A DNA stretch of 64,000 nt from Rhodocyclaceae bacterium (GCA_025353195.1 JANXRC010000146.1:998-64997); one strand, 5' to 3'. Shown: positions 1 to 9,138, counted from the stretch's first letter. Notes: generated from the letters alone by a model not told the origin. Numbers and translations are program-made.

Positions 1-908
1 TTGTCGACACCCTGCTTGAACTGCCCGACGATGCCGCTCAGGCGGCCAAGTCGGGCAGGCGTTTGCTGCTGTATTTCGGCCAGGTGGGCTGCCCCTACTG
101 CAAGGAACTGATGCAGACCAGCTTCACGCAGAAGGCCATCGCGGACAAGACGGCCAAATATTTCCTGCCGATTGCCTTCAACCTGTTTGGCGATCGCGAG
201 GTCACCTGGTTCGACGGCAAGGTCCGCAGCGAAAAGGAACTCGCCAGGTTTCTCAAGGTGCAATTCACGCCCACACTCCTGTTGCTCGACGAGAAAGGCA
301 ACATCATCGGGCGCATCAACGGCTTCTACCCGCCGCACCGATTTTCCGCGGCGCTCGATTACTCGGCGCAGCGACTGGAGGGCAAGCTGTCGTTTGCCGA
401 GCACATGAGGGCGGTGCCGCAAAGCGGCGCCAGCGCAACGCTCAACGAGGAGGCCTTCTTGATGAAGGCACCCTTCAATCTGGCCCGAAAAGCCGGGGGC
501 AAGCCGCTGGCCGTGTTGTTCGAAACGCGTCACTGTGCGCCCTGCGATGAATTGCACCGGGAAGCCTTCAAGCGTGAAAAGACGCTGGCCGCGGTTTCGC
601 GCTTCGACGTCGCGCGCTTCTCGCTGTCAGGCCGCGAGGCGCTGACCACGCCGGACGGGCGCAGCAGCAACGCCGAAGCATGGGGCAAGGAACTCGGCAT
701 CAGCTACACGCCGAGCGTGGTGTTCTTCGATGACCGTGGCCGGGAAGTGTTCCGGCTGGAGGCCTACCTGCGCCCCTTCCACTTTGCCGAATCGTTCGCG
801 TATGTCGGTAGTGGCGCCTACCGCAAGGAGCCTGAGTTCCAGCGCTTCCTGCAGAACAAGACTGAACACCTGAAGGAAAGCGGGGAGCGGCCGGAGTTGT
901 GGAAGTAG
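1..908 (+). CDS. soxW: SoxW-like tandem thioredoxin-fold protein, 5' truncated by window edge
   Basis: Frame is open from position 3 (VDTLLELPDDAAQAAKSGRRLLLYFGQVGCPYC). Two thioredoxin-like halves with CPYC and CAPC motifs; VQFTPT/ISYTPS cis-Pro loops. Confidence 0.7.
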   Translation, partial: VDTLLELPDDAAQAAKSGRRLLLYFGQVGCPYCKELMQTSFTQKAIADKTAKYFLPIAFNLFGDREVTWFDGKVRSEKELARFLKVQFTPTLLLLDEKGNIIGRINGFYPPHRFSAALDYSAQRLEGKLSFAEHMRAVPQSGASATLNEEAFLMKAPFNLARKAGGKPLAVLFETRHCAPCDELHREAFKREKTLAAVSRFDVARFSLSGREALTTPDGRSSNAEAWGKELGISYTPSVVFFDDRGREVFRLEAYLRPFHFAESFAYVGSGAYRKEPEFQRFLQNKTEHLKESGERPELWK

Positions 909-922
909 CGCCTGTTTTCAGC

Positions 923-3586
923 TCATTCGGTCCGGTACAGCTTCCCTTTGCGTACCAGCCACTTCTCCACTTCAACCCCCCAGAACACCACGCTCGATAT
1001 GAGCACGCAGGCGACCAGTTCTCCTGCGCTGAGCGGCTGGGTATGGAAGATGGAATTGAGCGCGGGCACGTACAGCGTGGTCATTTGCAGCAGCACGGTG
1101 CCGATCAGCACAATGATCAACGGCCGGTTGGATAGCACGCCGATGGTGAACAGCGATTCGCGCTCGGAGCGGATTGCAAGTATGTGGCCGAGTTGCGCCA
1201 GGGTGAGCACGGTGAATACCATGCTCTGCCAGTGCGCGTCGCCGCTGTGGTAGGCCCAGGCCTGCGTCAGCAGCGTGGCGGCGCCCATCAGCAGGCCGAC
1301 CCAGACGACATGCTGCCAGAGGCCGTGGGCGAAAATGCTTTCATTCGGCGGGCGCGGCGGGCGGCGCATGACGTCACGCTCGGATGGCTCGATGGTGAGG
1401 GCAAGACCGGGCAGGCCATCCGTCACCAGATTGATCCAGAGGATATGAATCGGCAGCAGCGGGATCGGCAGTCCGAGGAACGGCGCGAGCAGCAGCGTCC
1501 ATATCTCGCCGGAATTGCTGGCCAGAATGTACTTGATGAACTTGCGGATGTTGTCGTAGATGCGCCGGCCTTCGCGCACCGCATGCACGATGGTGGCGAA
1601 GTTGTCGTCCAGCAGCACCATGTGCGCGGCCTCGCGCGCCACGTCGGTGCCGCCCTTGCCCATGGCGACGCCGATGTTGGCCGCCTTCAGCGCCGGCGCA
1701 TCGTTGACGCCGTCGCCGGTCATCGCGACGTATTCCCCGTTGGCCTGCAAGGCCTGCACGATGCGGATCTTCTGCGCCGGATCGACGCGGGCATAGACCC
1801 TGACCGATTCCACCTGCGTCCGCAGTTCGGCATCCGACAGCGCAGCCAGCTGCGGGCCTGTCAGGACGACTTCGCCGTTGTTGTCGCTGACGATGCCCAG
1901 TTGGCGCGCAATGGCGCTCGCCGTCGCCGGATGGTCGCCGGTGATCATGACCGGCGTGATGCCCGCTGCCTGGCATTCCGCCACGGCATGGTGCGCTTCG
2001 CGCCGTGGCGGGTCCATCAGGCCGACCAGCCCGAGCAGGGTGAGCCTGCATTCCGCCGTGGGCAGATCATCCGGCAGCGTCTCCAGTCGACGCATGGCGA
2101 TCGCCAGCACTCGCAAACCGGCCTGGGCCATCGTTTCCGCCTGCCGCTGCCATGCATCCGACATTAGCGGGCGTTCACCCTCTGCATCGAGCTGGTAATC
2201 GCACAGCGCCAGTACGACTTCCGGCGCTCCCTTGGTGTAGGCGATGAACTCGCGGCCGGCCTGGTGCAGGGTCGTCATGCGCTGGCGTTCTGCGTCGAAC
2301 GGAATCTCGGCAACGCGCGGATAGGTCTGTTCCAGGAATGTCCGGTCGGAGCCATGGTGCAGCGCGGCTTCCAGCAGGGCGATCTCGGTGGGGTCGCCGG
2401 AGGCCTGACCGGATTTGCCCAGACTGGCATCGCTGTTGAGGGCGAGCGCACGGAACAGGTTCTGCCACGCCTCCGTGTCCAGGGACGGGGTGGCAGAGCC
2501 GGCGGCATAAAAGACTTCCGCCTGCATGCGGTTCTGGGTCAGCGTGCCGGTCTTGTCGGAGCAGATGTAGGTAATTGAACCCAGGGTTTCCACGGCCGGC
2601 AGGCGGCGCACCAAGGCATGTTGCTTGACCATGCGCGAAGCGCCGATGGCCAGCGAAATTGCGACCACGGCCGGTAGTGCCTCCGGAATTGCAGCGACGG
2701 CCAGGCTGACCGCGGTCATGAACATGAGCAGCATCGGTTCGCCGCGCAGCAACCCGGCGGCAAACACGACGGCGCAAATCGCGAGCAGGACAATGGTGAG
2801 CCGCCCGCCGAAACGCGCCAGACGTTGCTGAAGCGGCGTGCGGCTTTCCTTGGCTTCCGCCAGCAGGGTGGCGATCTTGCCCAGTTCGGTGGCCAGCCCG
2901 GTGGCAATGATGATGCCGCTGCCGCGGCCATAGGTGACGATGGTGCCCTTGTAGGCCATGTTGCTGCGGTCGCCCAGGGCGCTGTCGGCGGCCGCCAGCT
3001 TTTGCACGGTCTTTTCCGACGGATGCGATTCGCCCGTCAGCGCTGCCTCGGCGATGCGCAGGTGTGCGCTGTCGATCAGGCGCAGATCCGCCGGTACGAT
3101 ATTGCCCGCCTCCAGCAGCACGACATCGCCCGGCACGATCTGGTGCGATGGCAGGCTTTGCAGTTCACCGCCGCGCCGCACCCGCGCCAACGGCATGGCC
3201 ATGTTGCGCAACGCGGCGATGGCGCGCTCGGTTCGGGTTTCCTGGAAGAAGCCGATGCTGGCATTGAGTGTCACGATGACAGCGATTGCCAGCGCGTCCT
3301 CGAATTCGCCGAGGGCCATGGAGATGGCAGCGGCAGCGAGCAATACCAGGATCATCACGTCGCTGAACTGGGACAGGAAGATTTGCAGCGGGCCGCGCTG
3401 CTTGCCTTCCGGCATGGCGTTGGGGCCATGGCGGACAAGCCGGCTGGCGGCTTCGTCCGTGGTCAGGCCGGCCGCCGGCTCTACCTTCAGTGCAGTGGCC
3501 ACTGCCTCGGCAGTCAGGGTATGCCACGGCGGAGTGCGAGACTCGGTCAGCGGAGCATGCGGTGTGGTCATGGCTGGATTATGCAT
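923..3586 (-). CDS. P2A-type cation-transporting P-type ATPase (Ca2+/Mn2+-like)
   Basis: TGES, DKTGTLT phosphorylation site, MITGDH and TGDGVNDAPALK motifs; membrane motifs AIPEALP, ILASNSGE, WINLVTDGLP. Confidence 0.93.
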   Translation of the reverse strand: MHNPAMTTPHAPLTESRTPPWHTLTAEAVATALKVEPAAGLTTDEAASRLVRHGPNAMPEGKQRGPLQIFLSQFSDVMILVLLAAAAISMALGEFEDALAIAVIVTLNASIGFFQETRTERAIAALRNMAMPLARVRRGGELQSLPSHQIVPGDVVLLEAGNIVPADLRLIDSAHLRIAEAALTGESHPSEKTVQKLAAADSALGDRSNMAYKGTIVTYGRGSGIIIATGLATELGKIATLLAEAKESRTPLQQRLARFGGRLTIVLLAICAVVFAAGLLRGEPMLLMFMTAVSLAVAAIPEALPAVVAISLAIGASRMVKQHALVRRLPAVETLGSITYICSDKTGTLTQNRMQAEVFYAAGSATPSLDTEAWQNLFRALALNSDASLGKSGQASGDPTEIALLEAALHHGSDRTFLEQTYPRVAEIPFDAERQRMTTLHQAGREFIAYTKGAPEVVLALCDYQLDAEGERPLMSDAWQRQAETMAQAGLRVLAIAMRRLETLPDDLPTAECRLTLLGLVGLMDPPRREAHHAVAECQAAGITPVMITGDHPATASAIARQLGIVSDNNGEVVLTGPQLAALSDAELRTQVESVRVYARVDPAQKIRIVQALQANGEYVAMTGDGVNDAPALKAANIGVAMGKGGTDVAREAAHMVLLDDNFATIVHAVREGRRIYDNIRKFIKYILASNSGEIWTLLLAPFLGLPIPLLPIHILWINLVTDGLPGLALTIEPSERDVMRRPPRPPNESIFAHGLWQHVVWVGLLMGAATLLTQAWAYHSGDAHWQSMVFTVLTLAQLGHILAIRSERESLFTIGVLSNRPLIIVLIGTVLLQMTTLYVPALNSIFHTQPLSAGELVACVLISSVVFWGVEVEKWLVRKGKLYRTE

Positions 3587-3622
3587 TGAAGCCTGCGGCA
3601 GGCGGGTGCCGCTACACCGCGC

Positions 3623-4726
3623 CTACCCTGCAGCGCTGTCGAACAACGTCCCGACGGCGAGTGGAAGATATACGAACAGCGCAACACCATTGCCCGAGGC
3701 AGGGGCACCAATCTCGACGGTGCCGCGGTGCAGTTCAGCGATCCGGCTGACGATGGAAAGGCCGAGACCGCTGCCCGAAGAGTCGGCGCTGGCGCTACGG
3801 TAAAAGCGCTGCTGAACCCGCTCGCGTTCGTCTGCCTCAATGCCGCGCCCGTTGTCGCTGACGGTCAGCACGGCGCGGTCTCGATCCCGGGTGATGGAGA
3901 CATCGATCTGCGTGGCGCCACCGTGGCGCAGGGCGTTGTCGACCAGGTTGCGCAGCAGTACCTGCAGCAGCACGGTATCACCCCGGACCTGCGCGTCGCC
4001 GTCGCCCAGCATCAAATCGCAATGGTGCTCGATGGCTTCACCCGCGCTCATTGCCAGGACCTCTTCGGCAATCGGCCGCAGCGCAACATTCTGCATCTGC
4101 TGCGGCGTGTCGGCATCCAGCCGCGCCAGGGTCAGCAACTGCGCCACCAGATGCGTGGCGCGGTCACAGCCGACCAGGATTTGAGACAGCGCGTGTTGCC
4201 TCTGCGCAGGGTCGACGGAAGCCAGCGCCACCTGTGCCTGTGCCTTGAGCGCGGCCAGCGGGGTGCGCAGCTCATGGGCCGCGTCGGCGGTAAAGCGACG
4301 CTCGTTCTCCAGCGCCCGCATGATGTCGGCGAACAGGCTGTTGAGCCGCTTAACCAGTGGCTCAACTTCGGTAGGCAGGGATTCTGTCGGCAACGGGTCG
4401 AGCCGGTCGGGTGTCCGTGCGGCGACATCGCGTGCGAGCCGGCGCAAGGGTGCCAGAGAAAAGCCGATGGCAATCACCAGCAACAGTGCCAGCGCAGGCA
4501 GGGCGAACAGCATCGGCTTCAGCAGTTGCTGGGCAATTTCAGCCGCCACCTCATTGCGTTCCTTGACGAAGTGGGTGGCGGTGGTGCTCGGCGGGTGGGC
4601 CAGCAGTTCTTCCAGTTCGTGACGGGCTTCGCGCCAGGTAACGAAAGCCGTCAGCAACCAGACCACCGCTACGGCCAGCAGAGTGAGGCCGACCAGCCGG
4701 GTGCGCAGGGACAGCGGACGCTTCAT
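3623..4726 (-). CDS. Sensor histidine kinase, QseC/PmrB-like
   Basis: Two TM helices, HAMP, H-box FTADAAHELRTPL, NLVDNALRH, DNGRG and GSGLGLSIV. Start taken as ATG 4726 (ATGA overlap with the regulator stop) rather than the ORF-track start 4969. Confidence 0.93.
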   Translation of the reverse strand: MKRPLSLRTRLVGLTLLAVAVVWLLTAFVTWREARHELEELLAHPPSTTATHFVKERNEVAAEIAQQLLKPMLFALPALALLLVIAIGFSLAPLRRLARDVAARTPDRLDPLPTESLPTEVEPLVKRLNSLFADIMRALENERRFTADAAHELRTPLAALKAQAQVALASVDPAQRQHALSQILVGCDRATHLVAQLLTLARLDADTPQQMQNVALRPIAEEVLAMSAGEAIEHHCDLMLGDGDAQVRGDTVLLQVLLRNLVDNALRHGGATQIDVSITRDRDRAVLTVSDNGRGIEADERERVQQRFYRSASADSSGSGLGLSIVSRIAELHRGTVEIGAPASGNGVALFVYLPLAVGTLFDSAAG

Positions 4727-5394
4727 GACGGAGTTCCTGTTTTGGCGACGACGTAGCCGATGCCGCGCAGGGTGCGGATGACGTCCGGTCCCAGCTTGCG
4801 CCGCAGATGATGGATGTACACCTCGACCGTGTTGCTGCCGATTTCTTCGCCCCAGGCGTAGAGATGTTCCTCCAGCTGGGCGCGGGAAAGGGCACGTCCC
4901 GGCTGCTGCATCAGGGCATGAAACAGGGCGTATTCCTTGGCCGACAGCTTGACCTCCTTGCCCTTGCATTCGACGCGCCGCGTGGCGGGATCGAGCGTGA
5001 CATCGGCCGTCGTCAGCACGGGCGACGGCTGGCCGCCGGCGCGACGCAGCAGGGCTCGCAAGCGCGCCGTCAGTTCGCCGAGATCAAAGGGCTTCACCAG
5101 GTAATCGTCGGCGCCGGCGTCGAGGCCCCGGATGCGGTCATCGACCGTGTCGCGGGCGGTGAGGATCAGCACCGGCAGGGTCTTTTTCTTCGCCCGCAGG
5201 TGGCGCAGGACCTCCAGTCCATCCATGCGCGGCAGGCCGAGATCGAGGACCACGGCCGCATAGTCTCCGCCCGCCAGTGCCGTCTCGGCACTGATGCCGT
5301 CCCTGACCCAGTCGACGGCATGGTCGGCCTGACGCAGGCCGACCTGGAGCGCGTCGCCGAGCAGGGCGTCATCTTCAACCAGCAGAATTCTCAT
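4723..5394 (-). CDS. OmpR-family response regulator, QseB/PmrA-like
   Basis: MRILLVEDD, VVLDLGLP, LTARD, GADDYLVKPF receiver motifs and a winged-helix end (IRTLRGIGY). Confidence 0.95.
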   Translation of the reverse strand: MRILLVEDDALLGDALQVGLRQADHAVDWVRDGISAETALAGGDYAAVVLDLGLPRMDGLEVLRHLRAKKKTLPVLILTARDTVDDRIRGLDAGADDYLVKPFDLGELTARLRALLRRAGGQPSPVLTTADVTLDPATRRVECKGKEVKLSAKEYALFHALMQQPGRALSRAQLEEHLYAWGEEIGSNTVEVYIHHLRRKLGPDVIRTLRGIGYVVAKTGTPS

Positions 5395-5935
5395 TGCGTA
5401 GTTTTTTCCAGCCGGTGATCATAGCCAGGATCAGGTTTTCGCGGTGCAGCCAACTGCTGACGATGACACCCGCAATGTGGATCACAACAATCGCCATCAT
5501 GCCATTGGCGGCGCCTTCGTGCAGTTCTTCCAGGAAGTGTCCGCCCAGATCTTCGTACGCGGCCCAGCCGCTGGCAGCGGCGACGATACCGAAGCCGAGC
5601 AGCAGAAAGATGGCCACGGCTCCGGCCGGATTGTGACCGATGTAGTGCTGCGGCCTTCCGTCGATCAGGGACTTGAGGTAGTCGATCAGCTTCCGCGGTG
5701 TCGGCAGGAATTCGGCAAAGCGCGAATAGCTGCCGCCGACGAAACCCCACAACAGGCGGAAGGCAATCAGGCCGGCAAGGGTGTAGCCGGCGACCACGTG
5801 AATGTCGCGCAGTTTTTCGGATTCGGCGGTGAGGAAGGCGATGGCGAAACTCGCTACCAGCGACCAGTGGAAGATCCGCGTCGGCAGATCCCAGACGCGG
5901 ATGGGTTTGGTTTCCGTGTTCATGATGGTCCTCAT
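5375..5935 (-). CDS. Membrane cytochrome b (Ni/Fe-hydrogenase cytochrome b-like family)
   Basis: VWDLPTRIFHW, GHNPAG, LHE and IHIAGV His ligands; HRENLILAMITG end. Alternative start at 5923 with GAGG SD. Confidence 0.88.
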   Translation of the reverse strand: MRTIMNTETKPIRVWDLPTRIFHWSLVASFAIAFLTAESEKLRDIHVVAGYTLAGLIAFRLLWGFVGGSYSRFAEFLPTPRKLIDYLKSLIDGRPQHYIGHNPAGAVAIFLLLGFGIVAAASGWAAYEDLGGHFLEELHEGAANGMMAIVVIHIAGVIVSSWLHRENLILAMITGWKKLRNENSAG

Positions 5936-6402
5936 TTGGGACTGACGGCCGAATGATCGCTGTATTCGCCGACCGCCGCGAGGGCATGGCAGGCGGCACA
6001 GTTGGCCGGACTCTTGATCGCGACGCGCTTCCAGGTCGCGGTGGATATTTCGCGATGCTTCTTGGCAAACCGCGCGGTCTCGGTGATACGTAGCAGAGGC
6101 TTGCCCTGGGCATCGCGGGTATCGCCCGTCTTGCGGCCGCCTGAATTGGCGACCAGAAAGTCGGTGATGGCGGTACGGCGTTTTTCATCGATGCTGGCGT
6201 CTGAGCCGAAGTGGCGCGACAGATCGCCCATCATGGCCCGCCAGGAATCGGCATGCAGCATTTGCGGCGGAAAGGCGATGTGGCAGGAGCCGCATTCTTC
6301 TTCAAAAACGGCGTTTTTCGGCAGGCGGTAGCTGTCGGCCTGGGCCGGCAGGGCAAGGGCGGCCAGCAGGGCGAACAAAGGCGGGAAGATGATTCGCTTC
6401 AT
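5932..6402 (-). CDS. dhc: Diheme cytochrome c (DHC family)
   Basis: Signal peptide; ECGSCH..PP and NCAACH heme motifs; SW..MM..L..HFG and RITET motifs. Confidence 0.88.
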   Translation of the reverse strand: MKRIIFPPLFALLAALALPAQADSYRLPKNAVFEEECGSCHIAFPPQMLHADSWRAMMGDLSRHFGSDASIDEKRRTAITDFLVANSGGRKTGDTRDAQGKPLLRITETARFAKKHREISTATWKRVAIKSPANCAACHALAAVGEYSDHSAVSPK

Positions 6403-6415
6403 GATGTTCTCCGGA

Positions 6416-6796
6416 TTACTTGGGGGCCAGCAGCCAGGCCATTACGTCGGCCTTTTCCTGGGCGCTGCAGAGCCGATTGAGGGTGTCGTTGCAGTTACGG
6501 CGGAACCATTTGTCCACCTTGGCGGCATCGGTGAAGCGTTCGGCATTGGCCGCCGGCGCCAGCGGCGCGATGGCCTTGCCGGTCTTGGCATGACGACCCG
6601 CTTGCGCCGGCCGTTCGGTGTGGCAGGAGGCACAGCTCCACTCGCCGCCGTGACTGGTGTTGAAGAAGCGTGCGCCGCGCTCGGCGGAAGCGGCTGCGCC
6701 GGCTTCCTTCTCGAAGCGCGTCAGAAAGTCACGCGGCGTTTCGGCAAGGGCGCTCGAAGCGAAGAGTGCGGCTGCAATGATGAGAATGTGTCGCAT
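6416..6796 (-). CDS. shp: Sphaeroides heme protein-like monoheme cytochrome c (DUF1924)
   Basis: Signal peptide MRHILIIAAALFASSALA; SCASCH heme motif; KVDKWFRRNCNDTLNRLC cysteine pair. GGAG SD precedes ATG 6796. Confidence 0.85.
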   Translation of the reverse strand: MRHILIIAAALFASSALAETPRDFLTRFEKEAGAAASAERGARFFNTSHGGEWSCASCHTERPAQAGRHAKTGKAIAPLAPAANAERFTDAAKVDKWFRRNCNDTLNRLCSAQEKADVMAWLLAPK

Positions 6797-6842
6797 GGGA
6801 ATCTCCATGATTGTTGAGTGAGGCGAATCATGGAGGGCGCTG

Positions 6843-6859
6843 CTTAAACGGCGCTTAAG
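6843..6859 (-). promoter_or_regulatory. PmrA/QseB-type direct-repeat binding site
   Basis: Minus strand reads CTTAAG-CGCCG-TTTAAG (YTTAAK-N5-YTTAAK), followed 10 nt later by a -10-like CATGAT, upstream of shp. Confidence 0.7.
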
Positions 6860-6899
6860 GGCTGGAGTTGTGCCCGGGTGCGCAACCGGGTGCTGGCTT

Positions 6900-7382
6900 C
6901 TAGCGCGTCTTGATCGGCTGCCCGGTGGTGATGAACATCAGCGTGCGGGCCTCGCGGATGTCGGCGTGAAGGGCCTCGACGATGGGCGGGTTGGCCGGAG
7001 TTTCGGCGTTCCAGACAATCAGAAAATTGGCGCCGGAACCGCCGGCGGTGTCGGTGCGCGACACGAACATCTCGTGTGTGCCGAGCGGCGGAATTGTCAC
7101 CGGCGCGTTGACGTAAGCCCGCACCAGCTTGCCGACGGTGTCGTAGTAGCGCGCCGAGGTAATCCTGATCGGTGTCAGTGGATCCGTATTGCGGATACTC
7201 ACATGAGTCGAAACCAGCGTCTGCGCCGGTTTGCCGTCCTTGCCCGGATCACCGTGATAGACATGCGAATAAACCGGGAGGTACAGGGTTTGCCCGGACA
7301 GCAGGGCCGGTTCGTCAGCGCCGAAGGCTTGCGTCGACAGCAGGCCGAGCAACAGGGTGCAGCGCCGGAGGAAACTGTTCAT
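6900..7382 (-). CDS. DUF3124 family exported protein
   Basis: Signal peptide; GQTLYLPVYSHVY, SIRNTD, YYDT.GKLVR and GGSGANFLIVW motifs. Confidence 0.8.
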   Translation of the reverse strand: MNSFLRRCTLLLGLLSTQAFGADEPALLSGQTLYLPVYSHVYHGDPGKDGKPAQTLVSTHVSIRNTDPLTPIRITSARYYDTVGKLVRAYVNAPVTIPPLGTHEMFVSRTDTAGGSGANFLIVWNAETPANPPIVEALHADIREARTLMFITTGQPIKTR

Positions 7383-7419
7383 GGCCTACTCCACATCTGG
7401 TTTTGACTCATGGAGAATT

Positions 7420-9138
7420 CTACTTCTTCGGCGGCGCGTAGTAGTCGCGCAGCGAGGCATAGCGGTCGGCCCGCGCCGCGCGCACATGAAGGATAGCGCG
7501 CTTCATCGGAATGCCGGCCTGCACCAGTGTTTCGGCGGCGATCAGCAGGCTGCTTTCGAGCACTTCGGGAATCACCTCGGTCGCTCCGGCGGATTTCAGG
7601 CGGGCGACATCCTTGTCGTCGGTCGTGCGCACCACGATGGGAATTTCCGGCCGCGTGCCGCGCACGATGCGCAGCACGCGTTCGGCGGAATGGGCATCGG
7701 GATAGGTGACGACCACCGCGCGGGCCCTGGCGATTCCCGCCGCCTGCAGAACTTCGGGGCGGTCGGCGTTGCCGAAGACGACGTTGATGTCCTGGGCGCG
7801 GGCTTCGGCGATGCGTTGCGGGTCTACGTCAAGCGCGATGAACGGGATGTTTTCGATGCCGAGAAACTCGGCGATGCGTTGACCGGTGCGCCCGTAACCG
7901 CAGATGACCACATGCTGGCCGAGATCGAGGCTATGCACGGCAATGGTGTGGATCACGGTGGCCTTGTGCGCCCAGTCGCCGCGTCCCATGTCGCCCGACA
8001 GGCGCGCGGTGCGGGCGATCAGGAAAGGTGCAATGAACATCGACAGCAGCATGGCCGACAGCGTGATCTGAAAGGCGCTGATGCCGATCAGTTGCAGTTC
8101 GTGGGCGAGATCGATCAGCACCAGGCCGAACTCGCCGCCCTGGGCCAGTTGTGCCGAGGTACGCAGACTGGCGACCAGTGGCGTTTTCGCCACCCGCGTG
8201 ATGAGCAGCATCACCAGGGCCTTGCCGCCGATCAGCAGGGCTACCGCCAGCACCAGCTTGTGGGCATTGGCGATGACATAGTGGATGTCCAGCATCATGC
8301 CGACGGTGACGAAGAAGAGGCCGAGCAGGACGTCCCGAAACGGCCGGATGTCGGCTTCGACGTGGTGGCGATAGGCTGTTTCCGAAATCAGCATGCCGCC
8401 GACGAAAGCACCGAGAGCCAGGGACAGCCCGCTGCGGGCTGTAAGAAGGGACAGGCCGACCACGATCCACAGCGCGGTCAGCACCAGCAGTTCGCTGGAC
8501 TTGTACTGGGCGGCGCTATCGAGAATTCGGCCTATCAGTTTCTGTCCGACCCAGATCAGCAGTGCCAGCACGGCGACCGCCTGTACTGCGGCCACCGCCA
8601 GCGAACGCAGCAGATCATCGCCGGAGGCTGCCAGCGCCGGCAGCAGGATCAGGCAGGGCGCCACGGCGAGGTCCTGAAACAGCAGGACGCCCATGGTCTG
8701 CCGCCCGGAACGCGAGTGCAGGTCGAAGCGTTCGGACAGCATCCTGGCGACAATCGCGGTTGAGGACATGGCGACCGCCAAGCCGACCGCTATGCCGCTC
8801 TTCCATCCCTGGCCGTAAGCGAGCGCCGTCACCAGGCCGGTACCCAGCGCGGTCAAGGCCATTTGCGCCGAACCAAAACCGAATACCAGCGCACGCATGG
8901 CCTGCAGGCGCTTCAGGCTGAACTCGAGGCCGATCGAAAACATTAGGAAGACGATGCCGAACTCGGCGAAGCCCCCCACTTCGTCCGTTTCGGTCAGCAG
9001 CGCCAGCCCGTGCGGTCCCAGCGCAATGCCGATCGCCAGATAGGCGAGCATCGAGGGCAATTTGAAGCGGCGTGCGACGGCGACTGCGCCGACTGCGGCG
9101 GTGAGTAGCAGAAGGATCGAGAGGAGGTTGGAGTGCAC
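7420..9138 (-). CDS. CPA2 (Kef-type) cation/proton antiporter with RCK-N domain
   Basis: AEFGIVFLMFSIGLEFS, LLFQDLAV, LAQGGEFG; C-terminal ICGYGRTG Rossmann motif. GTG 9138 preferred as start. Confidence 0.9.
   Translation of the reverse strand: MHSNLLSILLLLTAAVGAVAVARRFKLPSMLAYLAIGIALGPHGLALLTETDEVGGFAEFGIVFLMFSIGLEFSLKRLQAMRALVFGFGSAQMALTALGTGLVTALAYGQGWKSGIAVGLAVAMSSTAIVARMLSERFDLHSRSGRQTMGVLLFQDLAVAPCLILLPALAASGDDLLRSLAVAAVQAVAVLALLIWVGQKLIGRILDSAAQYKSSELLVLTALWIVVGLSLLTARSGLSLALGAFVGGMLISETAYRHHVEADIRPFRDVLLGLFFVTVGMMLDIHYVIANAHKLVLAVALLIGGKALVMLLITRVAKTPLVASLRTSAQLAQGGEFGLVLIDLAHELQLIGISAFQITLSAMLLSMFIAPFLIARTARLSGDMGRGDWAHKATVIHTIAVHSLDLGQHVVICGYGRTGQRIAEFLGIENIPFIALDVDPQRIAEARAQDINVVFGNADRPEVLQAAGIARARAVVVTYPDAHSAERVLRIVRGTRPEIPIVVRTTDDKDVARLKSAGATEVIPEVLESSLLIAAETLVQAGIPMKRAILHVRAARADRYASLRDYYAPPKK

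Noticed and set aside
3587-3622. yybP-ykoY manganese riboswitch upstream of the P-type ATPase
   Set aside because: Only 36 nt separate the kinase stop from the ATPase start.
3623-4969. Long N-terminal extensions in the ORF track (kinase, murE, mraY, murD, ftsW, murB, hrpA, nitrilase, DUF3617)
   Set aside because: Extensions run through the upstream gene in another frame; internal starts with SD sequences or ATGA/GTGA overlaps fit better.
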